From a virus: 64,000 bases of DNA. The stretch is from IMG/VR virus record IMGVR_UViG_3300029996_000158; one strand, given 5' to 3'. Shown here one piece after another: positions 9,856 to 19,668 of this stretch. Below the pieces are notes generated by a model that was not told the origin of the DNA, did not search any database, and saw only the letters and a program-made list of their open reading frames with translations. The position numbers were made by a program, and so were the translations under genes. Each line of letters opens with the position of its first letter. Within the stretch, counting starts at the first letter, position 1.

Positions 9856-10586
9856 TATCCCAAAAGAAACTAGAAAAAAGGATTGAGGAATTAAAAATCC
9901 TACAAAAGAAAAATCCATCTAAATTCCACAAAATGTATTCAAAAGCTATGAAATCAGCCATAAAAGATGGTAGGTCATATATATTGGAAACAGTTCCAGT
10001 GGAATTTAGATGGTATGTTTTATATAAAAGAAAAGCAAGACGGGAGGGAAAAAGATTTAAATATAAAATACGAGCTTATGATAAAAGGATTTATGTAAAT
10101 AAATTCTACCCTTATTCATATCATAATCTAGAACCAGTTTTAGTATTGACTGGTTGGTTTAGTAGAAAAAATGCTAAATTACTATATGATACCTGGTATG
10201 GCAAATCATGGAGGGAAACAGTAAAATTTGTAAAGGGTAAAAAAGCAATACAATTGGGATTTAAAATAGGTAGGTCATTATATATAAATGGCAAATATAG
10301 AACCCCAAAATCAAAATTAACGGTTTTAAAAAGCTATAAATATAACAATAATAAAAAATCATATCGTTGGAATATTATTTCAGATTTAGTTGAGAGTAAC
10401 TATTCTGATAAGGAAAAAGAAGACATAATAGTTAAAAGGGTATTAGACAAATATGAAACACATCAATGCGATATCCCAACAAAGGAAATTGGATTTAATC
10501 CAGAGATTACTAAGGATGAGAAACTTAAATTACCGAAGATTCAAAAAATTAAGCAAATCAGAAAAAAAGACCTATATGAAATGTGA
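9852..10586 (+). CDS. hypothetical basic protein
   Basis: ATGA overlap with the upstream gene. Confidence 0.6.
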   Translation: MISQKKLEKRIEELKILQKKNPSKFHKMYSKAMKSAIKDGRSYILETVPVEFRWYVLYKRKARREGKRFKYKIRAYDKRIYVNKFYPYSYHNLEPVLVLTGWFSRKNAKLLYDTWYGKSWRETVKFVKGKKAIQLGFKIGRSLYINGKYRTPKSKLTVLKSYKYNNNKKSYRWNIISDLVESNYSDKEKEDIIVKRVLDKYETHQCDIPTKEIGFNPEITKDEKLKLPKIQKIKQIRKKDLYEM

Positions 10587-10965
10587 ACTTAGTAATAATA
10601 TTAAATTTCTAGCATTGAAATATCATTGTTTAACTAAAAAATCACTGGAAAGGTCTTTTAGATGGGCTAAAAGGAATTTTGATTTATACTTTAAATCCAT
10701 AGATAAATATAAGTATGAAAAAAATGAACTATATGTAGAAAAGGAATTTATATTTCAAGGATTTGTTCCAGAGAATGAGTTTAAAAAAAAGAAGGGTTTT
10801 GAATACATTTCCAGTAATAGACCAATAAATGGAAGAATATATATCTACCCTTTTCATTTATCCCATGACTATAAGCATTTGAAAAAAGGATATCCCAATA
10901 TTTATTCAATATTTGATTCCGGTATTGGGGTTCCTGGATTTACAAAAGTAAACATAATAAAATAA
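10576..10965 (+). CDS. hypothetical protein
   Basis: The ORF track starts this ORF at 10453, overlapping the previous gene by 134 nt. The in-frame ATG at 10576 gives only an 11-nt overlap. Confidence 0.5.
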   Translation: MKCELSNNIKFLALKYHCLTKKSLERSFRWAKRNFDLYFKSIDKYKYEKNELYVEKEFIFQGFVPENEFKKKKGFEYISSNRPINGRIYIYPFHLSHDYKHLKKGYPNIYSIFDSGIGVPGFTKVNIIK

Positions 10966-10971
10966 AAGACT

Positions 10972-11229
10972 ATGGATATCAGAAAAATGGAAAAAAGGGA
11001 TTATTCTTGGGAACCTAGTATATCCTATGGTATTTCAGAAATAACTTATAGAGTTGATAATGATGAACCATTGGAAGAACCCAAGATATATCCCATTACC
11101 CTAAAAAATAGGGAAGACTTTTTAAATATGGTAAAAGAAATCGGGGAATTTAATCAAAATTCCAAAACCATTTCCCAAACAGTAGGTGGAAGATTTTATA
11201 CCATTAAGAATATTATAATACTAAACTAA
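10972..11229 (+). CDS. hypothetical protein
   Basis: Co-oriented ORF in a tight array. Confidence 0.55.
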   Translation: MDIRKMEKRDYSWEPSISYGISEITYRVDNDEPLEEPKIYPITLKNREDFLNMVKEIGEFNQNSKTISQTVGGRFYTIKNIIILN

Positions 11230-11263
11230 TAAAACCAATTATTAACCATTAAAAAAGAAAATT

Positions 11264-11731
<468 letters not shown>

Positions 11732-11761
11732 TAAGACTATCAATTATCGTTCATAATTTAA

Positions 11762-11848
11762 AAACCAAGAGGGTTAATTAGATGATACCTGAGTTTTTCG
11801 AGTTTTTCATATCGTTCTTTATAATTCCTAATTTAACTCTCTTGGTTT
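11762..11848 (+). terminator. long-stem, large-loop hairpin (putative terminator or RNA element)
   Basis: AAACCAAGAGGGTTAA (11762-) pairs with TTAACTCTCTTGGTTT (-11848) around a loop of roughly 50 nt. There is no clear U tract. Confidence 0.4.
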
Positions 11849-11895
11849 AAAAAGAAAAACCAATTTATAAAACAATAATAAAACAAAAGAAAATT

Positions 11896-12270
11896 ATGGC
11901 AACTAAGAAAAAAGTTACAAAAGAAACAAAGGTTGTTGATGAAGCAAAGGCAGCAAAAAGAAAAGCTCGTATGGAAGCTTTAAAAAATCGTCCTGAGGGA
12001 CAAAGACCCAATAGTAAACAAATTGACATTATTAATACTGATAATGGGGCAGTAAAAAATTATGGGTATGCTGTTAAAAACAAAGATGGATATCAAGGAG
12101 TATTGGTAACATCAGTTTTGGAAAATAAAGATGGTCAAGTAATTTCTACTTCAGTAACCTTTATCCCTGGTAAGCTTACAGTAAAATCCAAAAAAGGACA
12201 TGGAGTTATCTGTACAGCAAAATCCAAAAAAGATAAAAATGTTGAAGAATCAGAAGATAATGAGGATTAA
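11896..12270 (+). CDS. hypothetical protein (basic N-terminus)
   Basis: Begins with the same 21 nt (ATGGCAACTAAGAAAAAAGTT) as the recA-like gene and is followed by a strong terminator. Confidence 0.65.
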   Translation: MATKKKVTKETKVVDEAKAAKRKARMEALKNRPEGQRPNSKQIDIINTDNGAVKNYGYAVKNKDGYQGVLVTSVLENKDGQVISTSVTFIPGKLTVKSKKGHGVICTAKSKKDKNVEESEDNED

Positions 12271-12327
12271 AAATCCATATAACCTCTCTTTTTGTTCATA
12301 TTAGTTAAGTTTTAGTTCTAAGCTGTG

Positions 12328-12370
12328 GTCCCATTTAGGTTTAACTTATTTTCCTAAATGGGACTTTTTA
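12328..12370 (+). terminator. rho-independent terminator
   Basis: GTCCCATTTAGG / CCTAAATGGGAC 12-bp stem followed by TTTTTA. Confidence 0.8.
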
Positions 12371-12382
12371 TTTATCAGGATT

Positions 12383-12628
12383 ATGGATAATAAATTAGAT
12401 GACCAAGAAATTTTATACTTTGCAATCTGTAATCAAATAGGATTATATAATTCTTTTCTAGAAGATAATAAAAATAACCTCTCAAAGGAAGATATTGAAT
12501 TTTCAGAATATATAATTGCAAGGTCAATGGAGATAAGGGATAATATGGAAAAGGGTTTATTAAACAAATTTGATTTAGATGAAGATAAACCAATAAGTAG
12601 ACCAAAATGGACAGAAGAAAGTATGTAA
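12383..12628 (+). CDS. hypothetical protein
   Basis: Co-oriented ORF after a terminator. Confidence 0.5.
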   Translation: MDNKLDDQEILYFAICNQIGLYNSFLEDNKNNLSKEDIEFSEYIIARSMEIRDNMEKGLLNKFDLDEDKPISRPKWTEESM

Positions 12629-12978
12629 TGTCAGTAAGGAATTTAATTCTTAGCATAATTGACCAATCAAAAGAATTAGAATCATTGGAATTGGAGTTAT
12701 CTAAAACTAATAATCTTGGTAAAAGAAATTCTTTGATAAAATCAAAGGTATTTAAATTAAAGAAATTAAAGCATACTATGAATACCATTGATAAGGTTAT
12801 TAATGGGAATATTATAACAATCCAGTATTCAATTGATGAACAAGTATTCCAAAGGAAGTTTGTAAATATATCAAAAAGAGATGTAATATTATTGTTGAGA
12901 TTAACCAATTCAAACCATAGAGTTAAAATCCTAGAAATCCAGGAGGAATTTACCGAAGAAAGTTTAATAAAACTATAA
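12628..12978 (+). CDS. hypothetical protein
   Basis: TAATG stop/start overlap at 12626-12630. The ORF track's alternative start is 12607. Confidence 0.5.
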   Translation: MSVRNLILSIIDQSKELESLELELSKTNNLGKRNSLIKSKVFKLKKLKHTMNTIDKVINGNIITIQYSIDEQVFQRKFVNISKRDVILLLRLTNSNHRVKILEIQEEFTEESLIKL

Positions 12979-13002
12979 GATATAAATTTAGAATCGAATC
13001 CT

Positions 13003-13662
13003 ATGGAATTTAAGACCTTAAAAATATCACCAAAAAAAGCAGTTTTAGAATCTGTTAGGGCTCAAACTAAATTATTTAGATATGTAAGGGATAATAATTT
13101 GGAATCAGCAAAGGCAAATTTAAATCACCCTATACATGGTCCTATTATTAAAGATTATCTAAGAATCATACAATATGGTAATAATAAACTAAATGAGTTA
13201 AAACAAGAAATTATGAAAGCAAAAAAAGAAAAGAAAGCTAAGGAAAAATTAGCAAATGAAGTTAAGGTTAAAAAGAGTGATAAAAAACTTAAGAAACCAG
13301 TAGTAAAGGTTGAATCATCTAAAAATAGGGTATTCACAACCTATGATTATCCCACCATTGATGGAAAAGAACTTTCTTCTGATTTGAAAAAACGGTATAG
13401 AGCAAAAATCAGAAGTTTAATGAAATCCCAAATGACTAAAGAAGAAGCAACTAAGAGAGCAACTTCTTTTATCAAAGAAGAAAGTGTAAAACCCAGAAAT
13501 ACAAAGCAGGAACCCGACAAGGAACCAAAAAGCAAGGTTGGAAAATCAGAGAAAAAAGAAAAGGTTTCTAAGAAAAAAGATTTACAACCAAAGGATTCTT
13601 CAAAATCCAAGAAATCCAATGATAAGCCTAAAAAGAAAAAGGCAAAAAAAGAAGAGGATTAA
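13003..13662 (+). CDS. lysine-rich low-complexity protein
   Basis: Long K-rich tracts (KKEKKAKEKL.., ..KSKKSNDKPKKKKAKKEED). Confidence 0.6.
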   Translation: MEFKTLKISPKKAVLESVRAQTKLFRYVRDNNLESAKANLNHPIHGPIIKDYLRIIQYGNNKLNELKQEIMKAKKEKKAKEKLANEVKVKKSDKKLKKPVVKVESSKNRVFTTYDYPTIDGKELSSDLKKRYRAKIRSLMKSQMTKEEATKRATSFIKEESVKPRNTKQEPDKEPKSKVGKSEKKEKVSKKKDLQPKDSSKSKKSNDKPKKKKAKKEED

Positions 13663-13690
13663 AAGGATTTTGTAGGACCAAATAATAGAA

Positions 13691-13731
13691 AGGTATAGTG
13701 GATAATCCTGCAATTCACTATACCTTTTTTC
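13691..13731 (+). terminator. rho-independent terminator
   Basis: AGGTATAGTG / CACTATACCT stem followed by TTTTTT. Confidence 0.8.
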
Positions 13732-13753
13732 ATTGACTAACCCAGAATTTTTA

Positions 13754-13788
13754 TTTGCATAATTAAATATTAAATTTTATATTTGCAT
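13754..13788 (+). promoter_or_regulatory. Bacteroidota-type promoter (-33 TTTGCAT / -7 TAtaTTTGcat)
   Basis: TTTGCAT at 13754 and 13782 (28 nt apart). Confidence 0.65.
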
Positions 13789-13815
13789 ATTAAAATAAAA
13801 AAGGAAACAACTACT

Positions 13816-14265
13816 ATGGCAAAAATAAGAATAACTCCTGCTTTAACCTCAGAAAAAGTATTACTTATGGTTTTAGACATAAACATAGAATCCATTGAGG
13901 GAATACTATTTGACAAGACAAGAGAAAAATGGGAACTTCTATACTATAATTATGGTATCAGTGAGAAGATATTTAGGGAACAAGCTGCAGAGATAGCAAA
14001 TACTTATAGATTTATGAAAAATCACATATTAACCTATAATGATATTCCAACCATGATGTTAAAGACTTTAAAGGTTACTTGGTATAATACCTTAAAAAGT
14101 ACCTTATTCATGTTGGAACCTCAATTATTAGAAGAAGAACCATTTGCTTTATATGCAATAAATAAGCTTTGGGATATATTTCTAGAGATTGATTATATTA
14201 GAGAAGATAATTTTATTTACCCATTAGATTTAAAGAACTATGTTAAAAAATTTGGACTTAATTGA
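13816..14265 (+). CDS. hypothetical protein
   Basis: ATG 13816 (MAKIRIT..). The track start at 13783 is a TTG lying inside the -7 box, so it is unlikely. Confidence 0.6.
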   Translation: MAKIRITPALTSEKVLLMVLDINIESIEGILFDKTREKWELLYYNYGISEKIFREQAAEIANTYRFMKNHILTYNDIPTMMLKTLKVTWYNTLKSTLFMLEPQLLEEEPFALYAINKLWDIFLEIDYIREDNFIYPLDLKNYVKKFGLN

Positions 14266-14503
14266 TTTTGAGGTTAAAAACAGTTCTAATTTAACCCATA
14301 TTTCCTGGAAAAGAGATATTGGACCCACAACAAAGGGAACCTTAAAAGTTTCGTTTCACAATGGTCTAAAATATGAATACTATGGTGTACCAAAATCATT
14401 AGTAGACCAACTATATGAAATCGAAAAAACTAATGGTTCAGTTGGCTCTGCATTTCATAATCTTATTGTTAGTAACAAATCAATAAAATATCACAAATTA
14501 TGA
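14240..14503 (+). CDS. KTSC-domain-like small protein
   Basis: GTLKVSFHNGLKYEYYGVPKSLVDQLYE..GSVGSAFHNLI matches the KTSC pattern. Confidence 0.55.
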   Translation: MLKNLDLIDFEVKNSSNLTHISWKRDIGPTTKGTLKVSFHNGLKYEYYGVPKSLVDQLYEIEKTNGSVGSAFHNLIVSNKSIKYHKL

Positions 14504-14937
14504 TTAAAGAGGATTTTAATCCAGATTTTAATGATGATGACTTATTAGTGGATATAACTTTTAAGGTAGTGAAATTTATATTCAAAACAATTGCAATATT
14601 GGGAGTTTTCATTGTATTTGGTAGAATATCTCAAAGTAGTCAAAATAATGAAGAATATACACCCATTACATTTACTAATGTTGACCCCAATATTCCAGCA
14701 AGTGAAATTAAGTCAAGAGATTATACTAATAGAACAGTAACTTATAGAGAATATGGAACTCCACCCCCAAGTGTATTATATGATAAATCAGATTATAGTA
14801 ATAAAGGATTTGTTATAAAAGCAAATAATGGGGTGGAAATAAATACTGGATTAACCAAAGATGATATTATACAACAAGTAATGGACGATGCTGATATACA
14901 TGATTTGATAGAATACTATGGTGATGAACTAAGGTAA
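14500..14937 (+). CDS. membrane-anchored hypothetical protein
   Basis: ATGA overlap with the upstream gene; one hydrophobic segment, FKTIAILGVFIVFG. Confidence 0.55.
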   Translation: MIKEDFNPDFNDDDLLVDITFKVVKFIFKTIAILGVFIVFGRISQSSQNNEEYTPITFTNVDPNIPASEIKSRDYTNRTVTYREYGTPPPSVLYDKSDYSNKGFVIKANNGVEINTGLTKDDIIQQVMDDADIHDLIEYYGDELR

Positions 14938-14963
14938 TCTCTACTTTATCATAATCCTAGAAT

Positions 14964-15042
14964 TTATTATATAAAATATTTGCATAATAAAATAAAGCAT
15001 TATATATTTGCATTAAATAATAATTAAATAAAAAGGATATGG
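14964..15042 (+). promoter_or_regulatory. 79-nt promoter-leader cassette, copy 1
   Basis: Identical to 20006-20084 and 78/79 identical to 18429-18507. Holds TTTGCAT at 14979 and 15007 and runs into the ATG at 15039. Confidence 0.7.
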
Positions 15043-15266
15043 CAAAGAAACCCAAATCAAAAATTAACCTATCGGATTATACTTATGAATTTAAGGAAAT
15101 CCTGAAAGCACACAGAAATTGTTGCCCATACCATCATTACCAAAAACAAGGAGATAATGGGTTAAACTATACCATAAAATGTGGTGCTAATCATGAAGTT
15201 TGCAATGACAATTGCTGGTATATTCAGAACTTCAAAGAAGAACTGAAAACATTTATCCCAGAGTAA
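15039..15266 (+). CDS. small Cys/His-rich protein (possible metal binding)
   Basis: HRNCCPYHHY..KCGANHEVCNDNCWY; sits downstream of cassette copy 1. Confidence 0.6.
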   Translation: MAKKPKSKINLSDYTYEFKEILKAHRNCCPYHHYQKQGDNGLNYTIKCGANHEVCNDNCWYIQNFKEELKTFIPE

Positions 15267-15314
15267 ACCCCAAGAATTTTAATTAAAAAATTTTTCTATA
15301 TTAAAAAATTGAAT

Positions 15315-15322
15315 TATATTTG
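15315..15322 (+). promoter_or_regulatory. -7 box TAtaTTTG (weak -33)
   Basis: TATATTTG lies 52 nt upstream of the ATG at 15374; only TTTTTC is found at the -33 position. Confidence 0.4.
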
Positions 15323-15373
15323 TATCGAAAAAATTAATTATCTATTATTTATAAACAACTAAAACTTAAAGTC

Positions 15374-15820
15374 ATGGAAAAGAACGAAAAGAAAATCCCA
15401 ACAACTGCTGAATTCATTAATGAAGTTCAGAATGCATTAAACGGTGAAAAAACACAAGAGGTAAAGAAAACCAAATCCAAAAAAGAACCCAAAGAAGTAA
15501 AGGCTCAAAAGAAAGAAGACAAAACTTCTAAAAAGAAAACCAAAAAGAACGAAAAGATACTAAAAGAAGTAAAGGCTCAAAATGAGGTAAACTTGGTGGA
15601 AGAGGTAATATCCAAAAGGGAAGTAAAATATAAATACCCGGAGGATTGCATTGATACCTTATCAAGAAAGAAATATAGACAACAGGTAAGGAATAAACTT
15701 CACCAATTGGAATTGGAAATGTACAGAATTCAGGATAAGCAATCCAAGGAATTCAAGAGAAAATCTAAGGAATATGAATCCTATAAAAAAGAAGTTCTAA
15801 AAGAAGGTGCAGCTGCATAA
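15374..15820 (+). CDS. lysine-rich low-complexity protein
   Basis: K-rich N-terminal half with an internal duplicated AAAGAAGTAAAGGCTCAAAA (KEVKAQ twice). Confidence 0.6.
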   Translation: MEKNEKKIPTTAEFINEVQNALNGEKTQEVKKTKSKKEPKEVKAQKKEDKTSKKKTKKNEKILKEVKAQNEVNLVEEVISKREVKYKYPEDCIDTLSRKKYRQQVRNKLHQLELEMYRIQDKQSKEFKRKSKEYESYKKEVLKEGAAA

Positions 15821-15830
15821 AGAATAAATA

Positions 15831-15916
15831 GAGTGGGTGGATGAAATAGTTATTATTTGTTTAATGTTTAAGCAACACTATTACTTTTGACTTTCACTTT
15901 CTTCATTCACCCACTC
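15831..15916 (+). terminator. long-stem, large-loop hairpin (putative terminator or RNA element)
   Basis: GAGTGGGTGGATGAA (15831-15845) pairs with TTCATTCACCCACTC (15902-15916) with one G-U pair. The loop is about 56 nt. Confidence 0.45.
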
Positions 15917-15954
15917 ATTATATAATTAATATACCTTAATAAAAATCCAGGGTT

Positions 15955-16224
15955 ATGTATGAGCTACCAGAAAAGGTTATTAAAAAATCTAATGAGGAAC
16001 TTATAGATATACATAAAAAATGTATAACTAATTATCTTATCCAAAGGCAAATAAAAATCACTAGAAGGAGACAATTATTCATTATTTATGACCATTATAT
16101 AAGTCATAAGAATATAAGAATGTTCTTTTATAGACCAATAAAGTTATTTGTATATGCTTTGGTAACAAATAGGTTGGAAGAAATAAGTAATTACATATAT
16201 AAGACAAAAAAAAATGTTCACTGA
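15955..16224 (+). CDS. hypothetical protein
   Basis: Co-oriented ORF. Confidence 0.5.
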   Translation: MYELPEKVIKKSNEELIDIHKKCITNYLIQRQIKITRRRQLFIIYDHYISHKNIRMFFYRPIKLFVYALVTNRLEEISNYIYKTKKNVH

Positions 16225-16591
16225 TTTAGTATCAACTTTTACTCTGGATAAAACCAGGATTATATACCCAAATTTTGCAACTAATAATCTTGATATTAGG
16301 AAAATCATGGTAAAGGATTTATTCAAACCCTGGGATACTAAGGGTAATAATACATATCCAGATTTTTATATAAGAGGGTATTACTATAATGAGGACCATC
16401 ATAGTAGGAATATATTTAGAATTGATGATACTGGTACCCATTATTTATATATCACTGGAGTCCCAAAAGGAACCCCAAAAAATAGTAATGCCCTAAATGT
16501 ATTCAAATTACTAAATGCACAATATATGACTTATTTTGAGGATTCAGAAATAGGATATTTAATTCAAATAACACAGATATGGAAAAAATGA
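16214..16591 (+). CDS. hypothetical protein
   Basis: 11-nt overlap with the upstream ORF. Confidence 0.55.
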   Translation: MFTDLVSTFTLDKTRIIYPNFATNNLDIRKIMVKDLFKPWDTKGNNTYPDFYIRGYYYNEDHHSRNIFRIDDTGTHYLYITGVPKGTPKNSNALNVFKLLNAQYMTYFEDSEIGYLIQITQIWKK

Positions 16592-16818
16592 GTTTACTTA
16601 AATTGATATGTGCTCAAATAATGGCAAATTATAATAATGGCATATATCCCCATAATTTATATGAACGTAGAGGACCAAAATTTAATCCCAATTATACAGT
16701 TAAGGATAAAGATTCAATGAGGCAAGAAAGGGAATTTAATATAAATGGGGTTAAGGTAATGGCATATTCCAGGAAAGATGCAATACAACGTTTAAAACAT
16801 AAAAATAAAAGAAAATGA
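16579..16818 (+). CDS. hypothetical protein
   Basis: 13-nt overlap with the upstream ORF. Confidence 0.5.
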   Translation: MEKMSLLKLICAQIMANYNNGIYPHNLYERRGPKFNPNYTVKDKDSMRQEREFNINGVKVMAYSRKDAIQRLKHKNKRK

Positions 16819-17207
16819 AAACTAAGGATTATGTAAGGTTATTCAAATTGGATAAACCATTTTATGAATTTAGTAGAGAAAAGTTCCTAAACAAACTAGG
16901 GGAAGAGTTTAGTCAAAGAATTGAAGAAACTAGATTGGATAGGCAAAAAAGGAATCTAGAATTTACATTCTCTATTTTTAATAAAATTGTAAAGGAAATA
17001 GAAATAAAATTCTGGTCAATATCCAATAAAAAACATGGGTTGCCTTTTTCGGAAAAATTATTCTCTTCATTTTTTGCTGGGTGGATAATCCCAATCCGAA
17101 AAAAATATTTCCCAAAGGAGGACCAAGAATTAACCATAAAATGGGAAAAGAGAAAATTGGAAGAATCCAAGGAACCCCAAAAAAAAACCAAATACCAATA
17201 CTCCTAA
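16815..17207 (+). CDS. hypothetical protein
   Basis: ATGA overlap with the upstream ORF. Confidence 0.55.
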   Translation: MKTKDYVRLFKLDKPFYEFSREKFLNKLGEEFSQRIEETRLDRQKRNLEFTFSIFNKIVKEIEIKFWSISNKKHGLPFSEKLFSSFFAGWIIPIRKKYFPKEDQELTIKWEKRKLEESKEPQKKTKYQYS

Positions 17208-17480
17208 AAAACCTAAAAATAATAAATCCTCTTCTCACAAGACTAGTAATTAGGTTCTAGGAATTTTATAATTTTGGAGTAAATAAAAACAATTACCTAA
17301 TAACCAATAGGTTAGGCCTTAAAATCCTAAAACAAAAATTAATTGTAGATACTAAACATATAGGTCTGAATATCATAGTTATTGGTAATGTAATCATTGA
17401 TAAAATTGGGATTATTGGTATTAGGATTACCCAACAAAAAATCCCAATAAATTGCCAAAAGAAATAATCAGAAATTTAAT

Positions 17481-17516
17481 AGTGGGTACCTTAATTAGTT
17501 TACCCACTATTTTTCT
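17481..17516 (+). terminator. rho-independent terminator
   Basis: AGTGGGTA / TACCCACT stem followed by ATTTTTCT. Confidence 0.7.
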
Positions 17517-17562
17517 GTGTATTTTAACCATATTGAATAATAAGTAAAAATCCTATATAATC

Positions 17563-18420
17563 ATGGCAAAAAAAGATTTAAATCAAAATCATCAAAGAGT
17601 ACCAAGACCAATGGGTATAACCCAGCTAATGAATGAGTACCATAAAACTAATGATAAAAAATTATTAGATATGGTTCAAACTTTTATGATACAACAATGG
17701 ATTATAAATAATGGTAGAGTATGCGGGAATAGTTTTTCTATATTAGAATTAAGTAAATTTCTATTATGTGAACCTGAAAGGATAAGGAAGAGAATGGTAG
17801 AAATGCTAGTGGAAACCAATTTATGGGATAAAGAAAAACAAGATAGATTAATGGATTCACTAGTAGGGCAAAATCTTGTATGGTTATTAGAAGATAGGAT
17901 GGAAGTAGAGGGTCAATTAAACTTATTGAAAAAATCCCAGGGGGATAAATACACTCCATTTGTTACCTCAGAGCTCAATAAAACTCTTGGGTTAAAATTA
18001 AGTACTTCAACAAATTTACAATCTTTCATTAAGGCTTTGTCTGGTGGAAATAGTTATGTAAACATATTCAATAATAATCAGGTAAACCAAACTCAAAATA
18101 ATACAATAACATATGATGATGCTCTTAAGATAGTTCAGGAAGAAAGTACCAAATTCCTAAATAGTGACAAAGAGTTGAAATATATAGAAGCTAATTATGA
18201 TATTGATAGTTTACCAGAAGTAGTTGCAACTAAACAACTTGGGATAGATACCTCAAAGGAGGGTCTCACTATAAGTAATTCAGAAATTAATCAAACCATA
18301 GATACTTATTATAAAGAACTGGATAAAGATGAAACCCCACATGATGTTAGAAGGGAAATAGAATTGCAAATAGATAAAGAAGCTATAGACCCAGAGATGG
18401 ACATATACCCAAATAACTAA
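17563..18420 (+). CDS. hypothetical protein
   Basis: 285-aa ORF beginning MAKKDL. Confidence 0.65.
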   Translation: MAKKDLNQNHQRVPRPMGITQLMNEYHKTNDKKLLDMVQTFMIQQWIINNGRVCGNSFSILELSKFLLCEPERIRKRMVEMLVETNLWDKEKQDRLMDSLVGQNLVWLLEDRMEVEGQLNLLKKSQGDKYTPFVTSELNKTLGLKLSTSTNLQSFIKALSGGNSYVNIFNNNQVNQTQNNTITYDDALKIVQEESTKFLNSDKELKYIEANYDIDSLPEVVATKQLGIDTSKEGLTISNSEINQTIDTYYKELDKDETPHDVRREIELQIDKEAIDPEMDIYPNN

Positions 18421-18428
18421 CCCCTATT

Positions 18429-18507
18429 TTATTATATTAAATATTTGCATAATAAAATAAAGCATTATATATTTGCATTAAATAATAATTAAATAAAAAG
18501 GATATGG
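18429..18507 (+). promoter_or_regulatory. 79-nt promoter-leader cassette, copy 2
   Basis: TTTGCAT at 18444 and 18472. Differs from copies 1 and 3 at one base. Shares extra upstream CCCCTATT with copy 3. Confidence 0.7.
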
Positions 18508-19064
18508 AACTAAACCTAAAAGAATCATATAATTTACTCAAAACTCTAATCAAAGAACATTGGGTAATATATGATTTTCCTGGTGGACTGGAATTAATAA
18601 CTTCGGTTCATCTTAAAGCTAATGAACTTAGTTTTATAACCAAATCAAAACTTATAGTATACCCAGGAAAAAGAATATACATATTAAATTCTAAGAATAC
18701 CCCATTAAGACTTTTCAATAATGTATCATCAAAATTCCTTGATTTTAACATAGTTACTATAGATGTTAGTGATATTACAAAATATAAATATTTTGGTATT
18801 ATAAAACTAATTGAACCAATGGATATAGGTTCAGATATAAATAAACTACCAGAGACCATATTTATAGAGGAGGGGATTATTGACGATACATATCTTAAAT
18901 ATACTTTGATGGTAGATGTAGTTGAAGAAAACATTGGGGAAAAAGAATACAAGAAATATTACATAGTTAAATACATAGACCATAACTTTAATCTACATTT
19001 TAAAAAATATAAACCAGAGGACCTAATAAGATTAACATTTATATCACCATTAAAACTTAAATAA
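18504..19064 (+). CDS. hypothetical protein
   Basis: Downstream of cassette copy 2. Confidence 0.65.
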   Translation: MELNLKESYNLLKTLIKEHWVIYDFPGGLELITSVHLKANELSFITKSKLIVYPGKRIYILNSKNTPLRLFNNVSSKFLDFNIVTIDVSDITKYKYFGIIKLIEPMDIGSDINKLPETIFIEEGIIDDTYLKYTLMVDVVEENIGEKEYKKYYIVKYIDHNFNLHFKKYKPEDLIRLTFISPLKLK

Positions 19065-19065
19065 T

Positions 19066-19668
19066 ATGTACGAAACTCAAAAACTGATTAGTAGAAAAAG
19101 AGGTAGATATCTTATCGATGATGAGAAATTATTCAATTGTATAAATAATCTATCAAAAGAATATCATATAGATAACTATAAACTTCACAAAAGGGTGTAC
19201 GAAACTTATAAACATAATAGTTCACTATATGATATTATGCCTGAATTATTATTTAATAAAACTCTATTGTTAGCTTTACATATAGCTAATAAACAATATA
19301 TAAAACCAGTAAGGTTATGCAAAATAATTATCATTGACCTATATTATATATCTAGGAATGGGTTTATAGATTATCCAGAATTAGAAAAACCCATCTTGGA
19401 GTCAATAAAAAAATGTATAAATATGGGTTATCTTCATAATTCATTAACCCCATTACTAAATGGTGATGTATTTCTTAGAAACCTTTATACAATGATATAT
19501 TCACAAAATATGTCAAAAAATGACTTAATACAAAATTGGTCAAACATAATATATGATTGCTTATACTTATTCTCAAAAGATGAACAATCATTCAATATGG
19601 TTAGAAATACAATTATCAGGGACCTGGAAAAGTTTAGAGAAGAAAAGAGATTATGCAATCAAAAATAA
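19066..19668 (+). CDS. hypothetical protein
   Basis: Starts 2 nt after the upstream stop. Confidence 0.6.
   Translation: MYETQKLISRKRGRYLIDDEKLFNCINNLSKEYHIDNYKLHKRVYETYKHNSSLYDIMPELLFNKTLLLALHIANKQYIKPVRLCKIIIIDLYYISRNGFIDYPELEKPILESIKKCINMGYLHNSLTPLLNGDVFLRNLYTMIYSQNMSKNDLIQNWSNIIYDCLYLFSKDEQSFNMVRNTIIRDLEKFREEKRLCNQK

Noticed and set aside
12381-12908. 175-aa minus-strand ORF overlapping two + strand ORFs.
   Set aside because: Its low-complexity hydrophobic sequence is typical of antisense frames in AT-rich DNA. It runs against the operon direction and has no promoter or terminator in its orientation.
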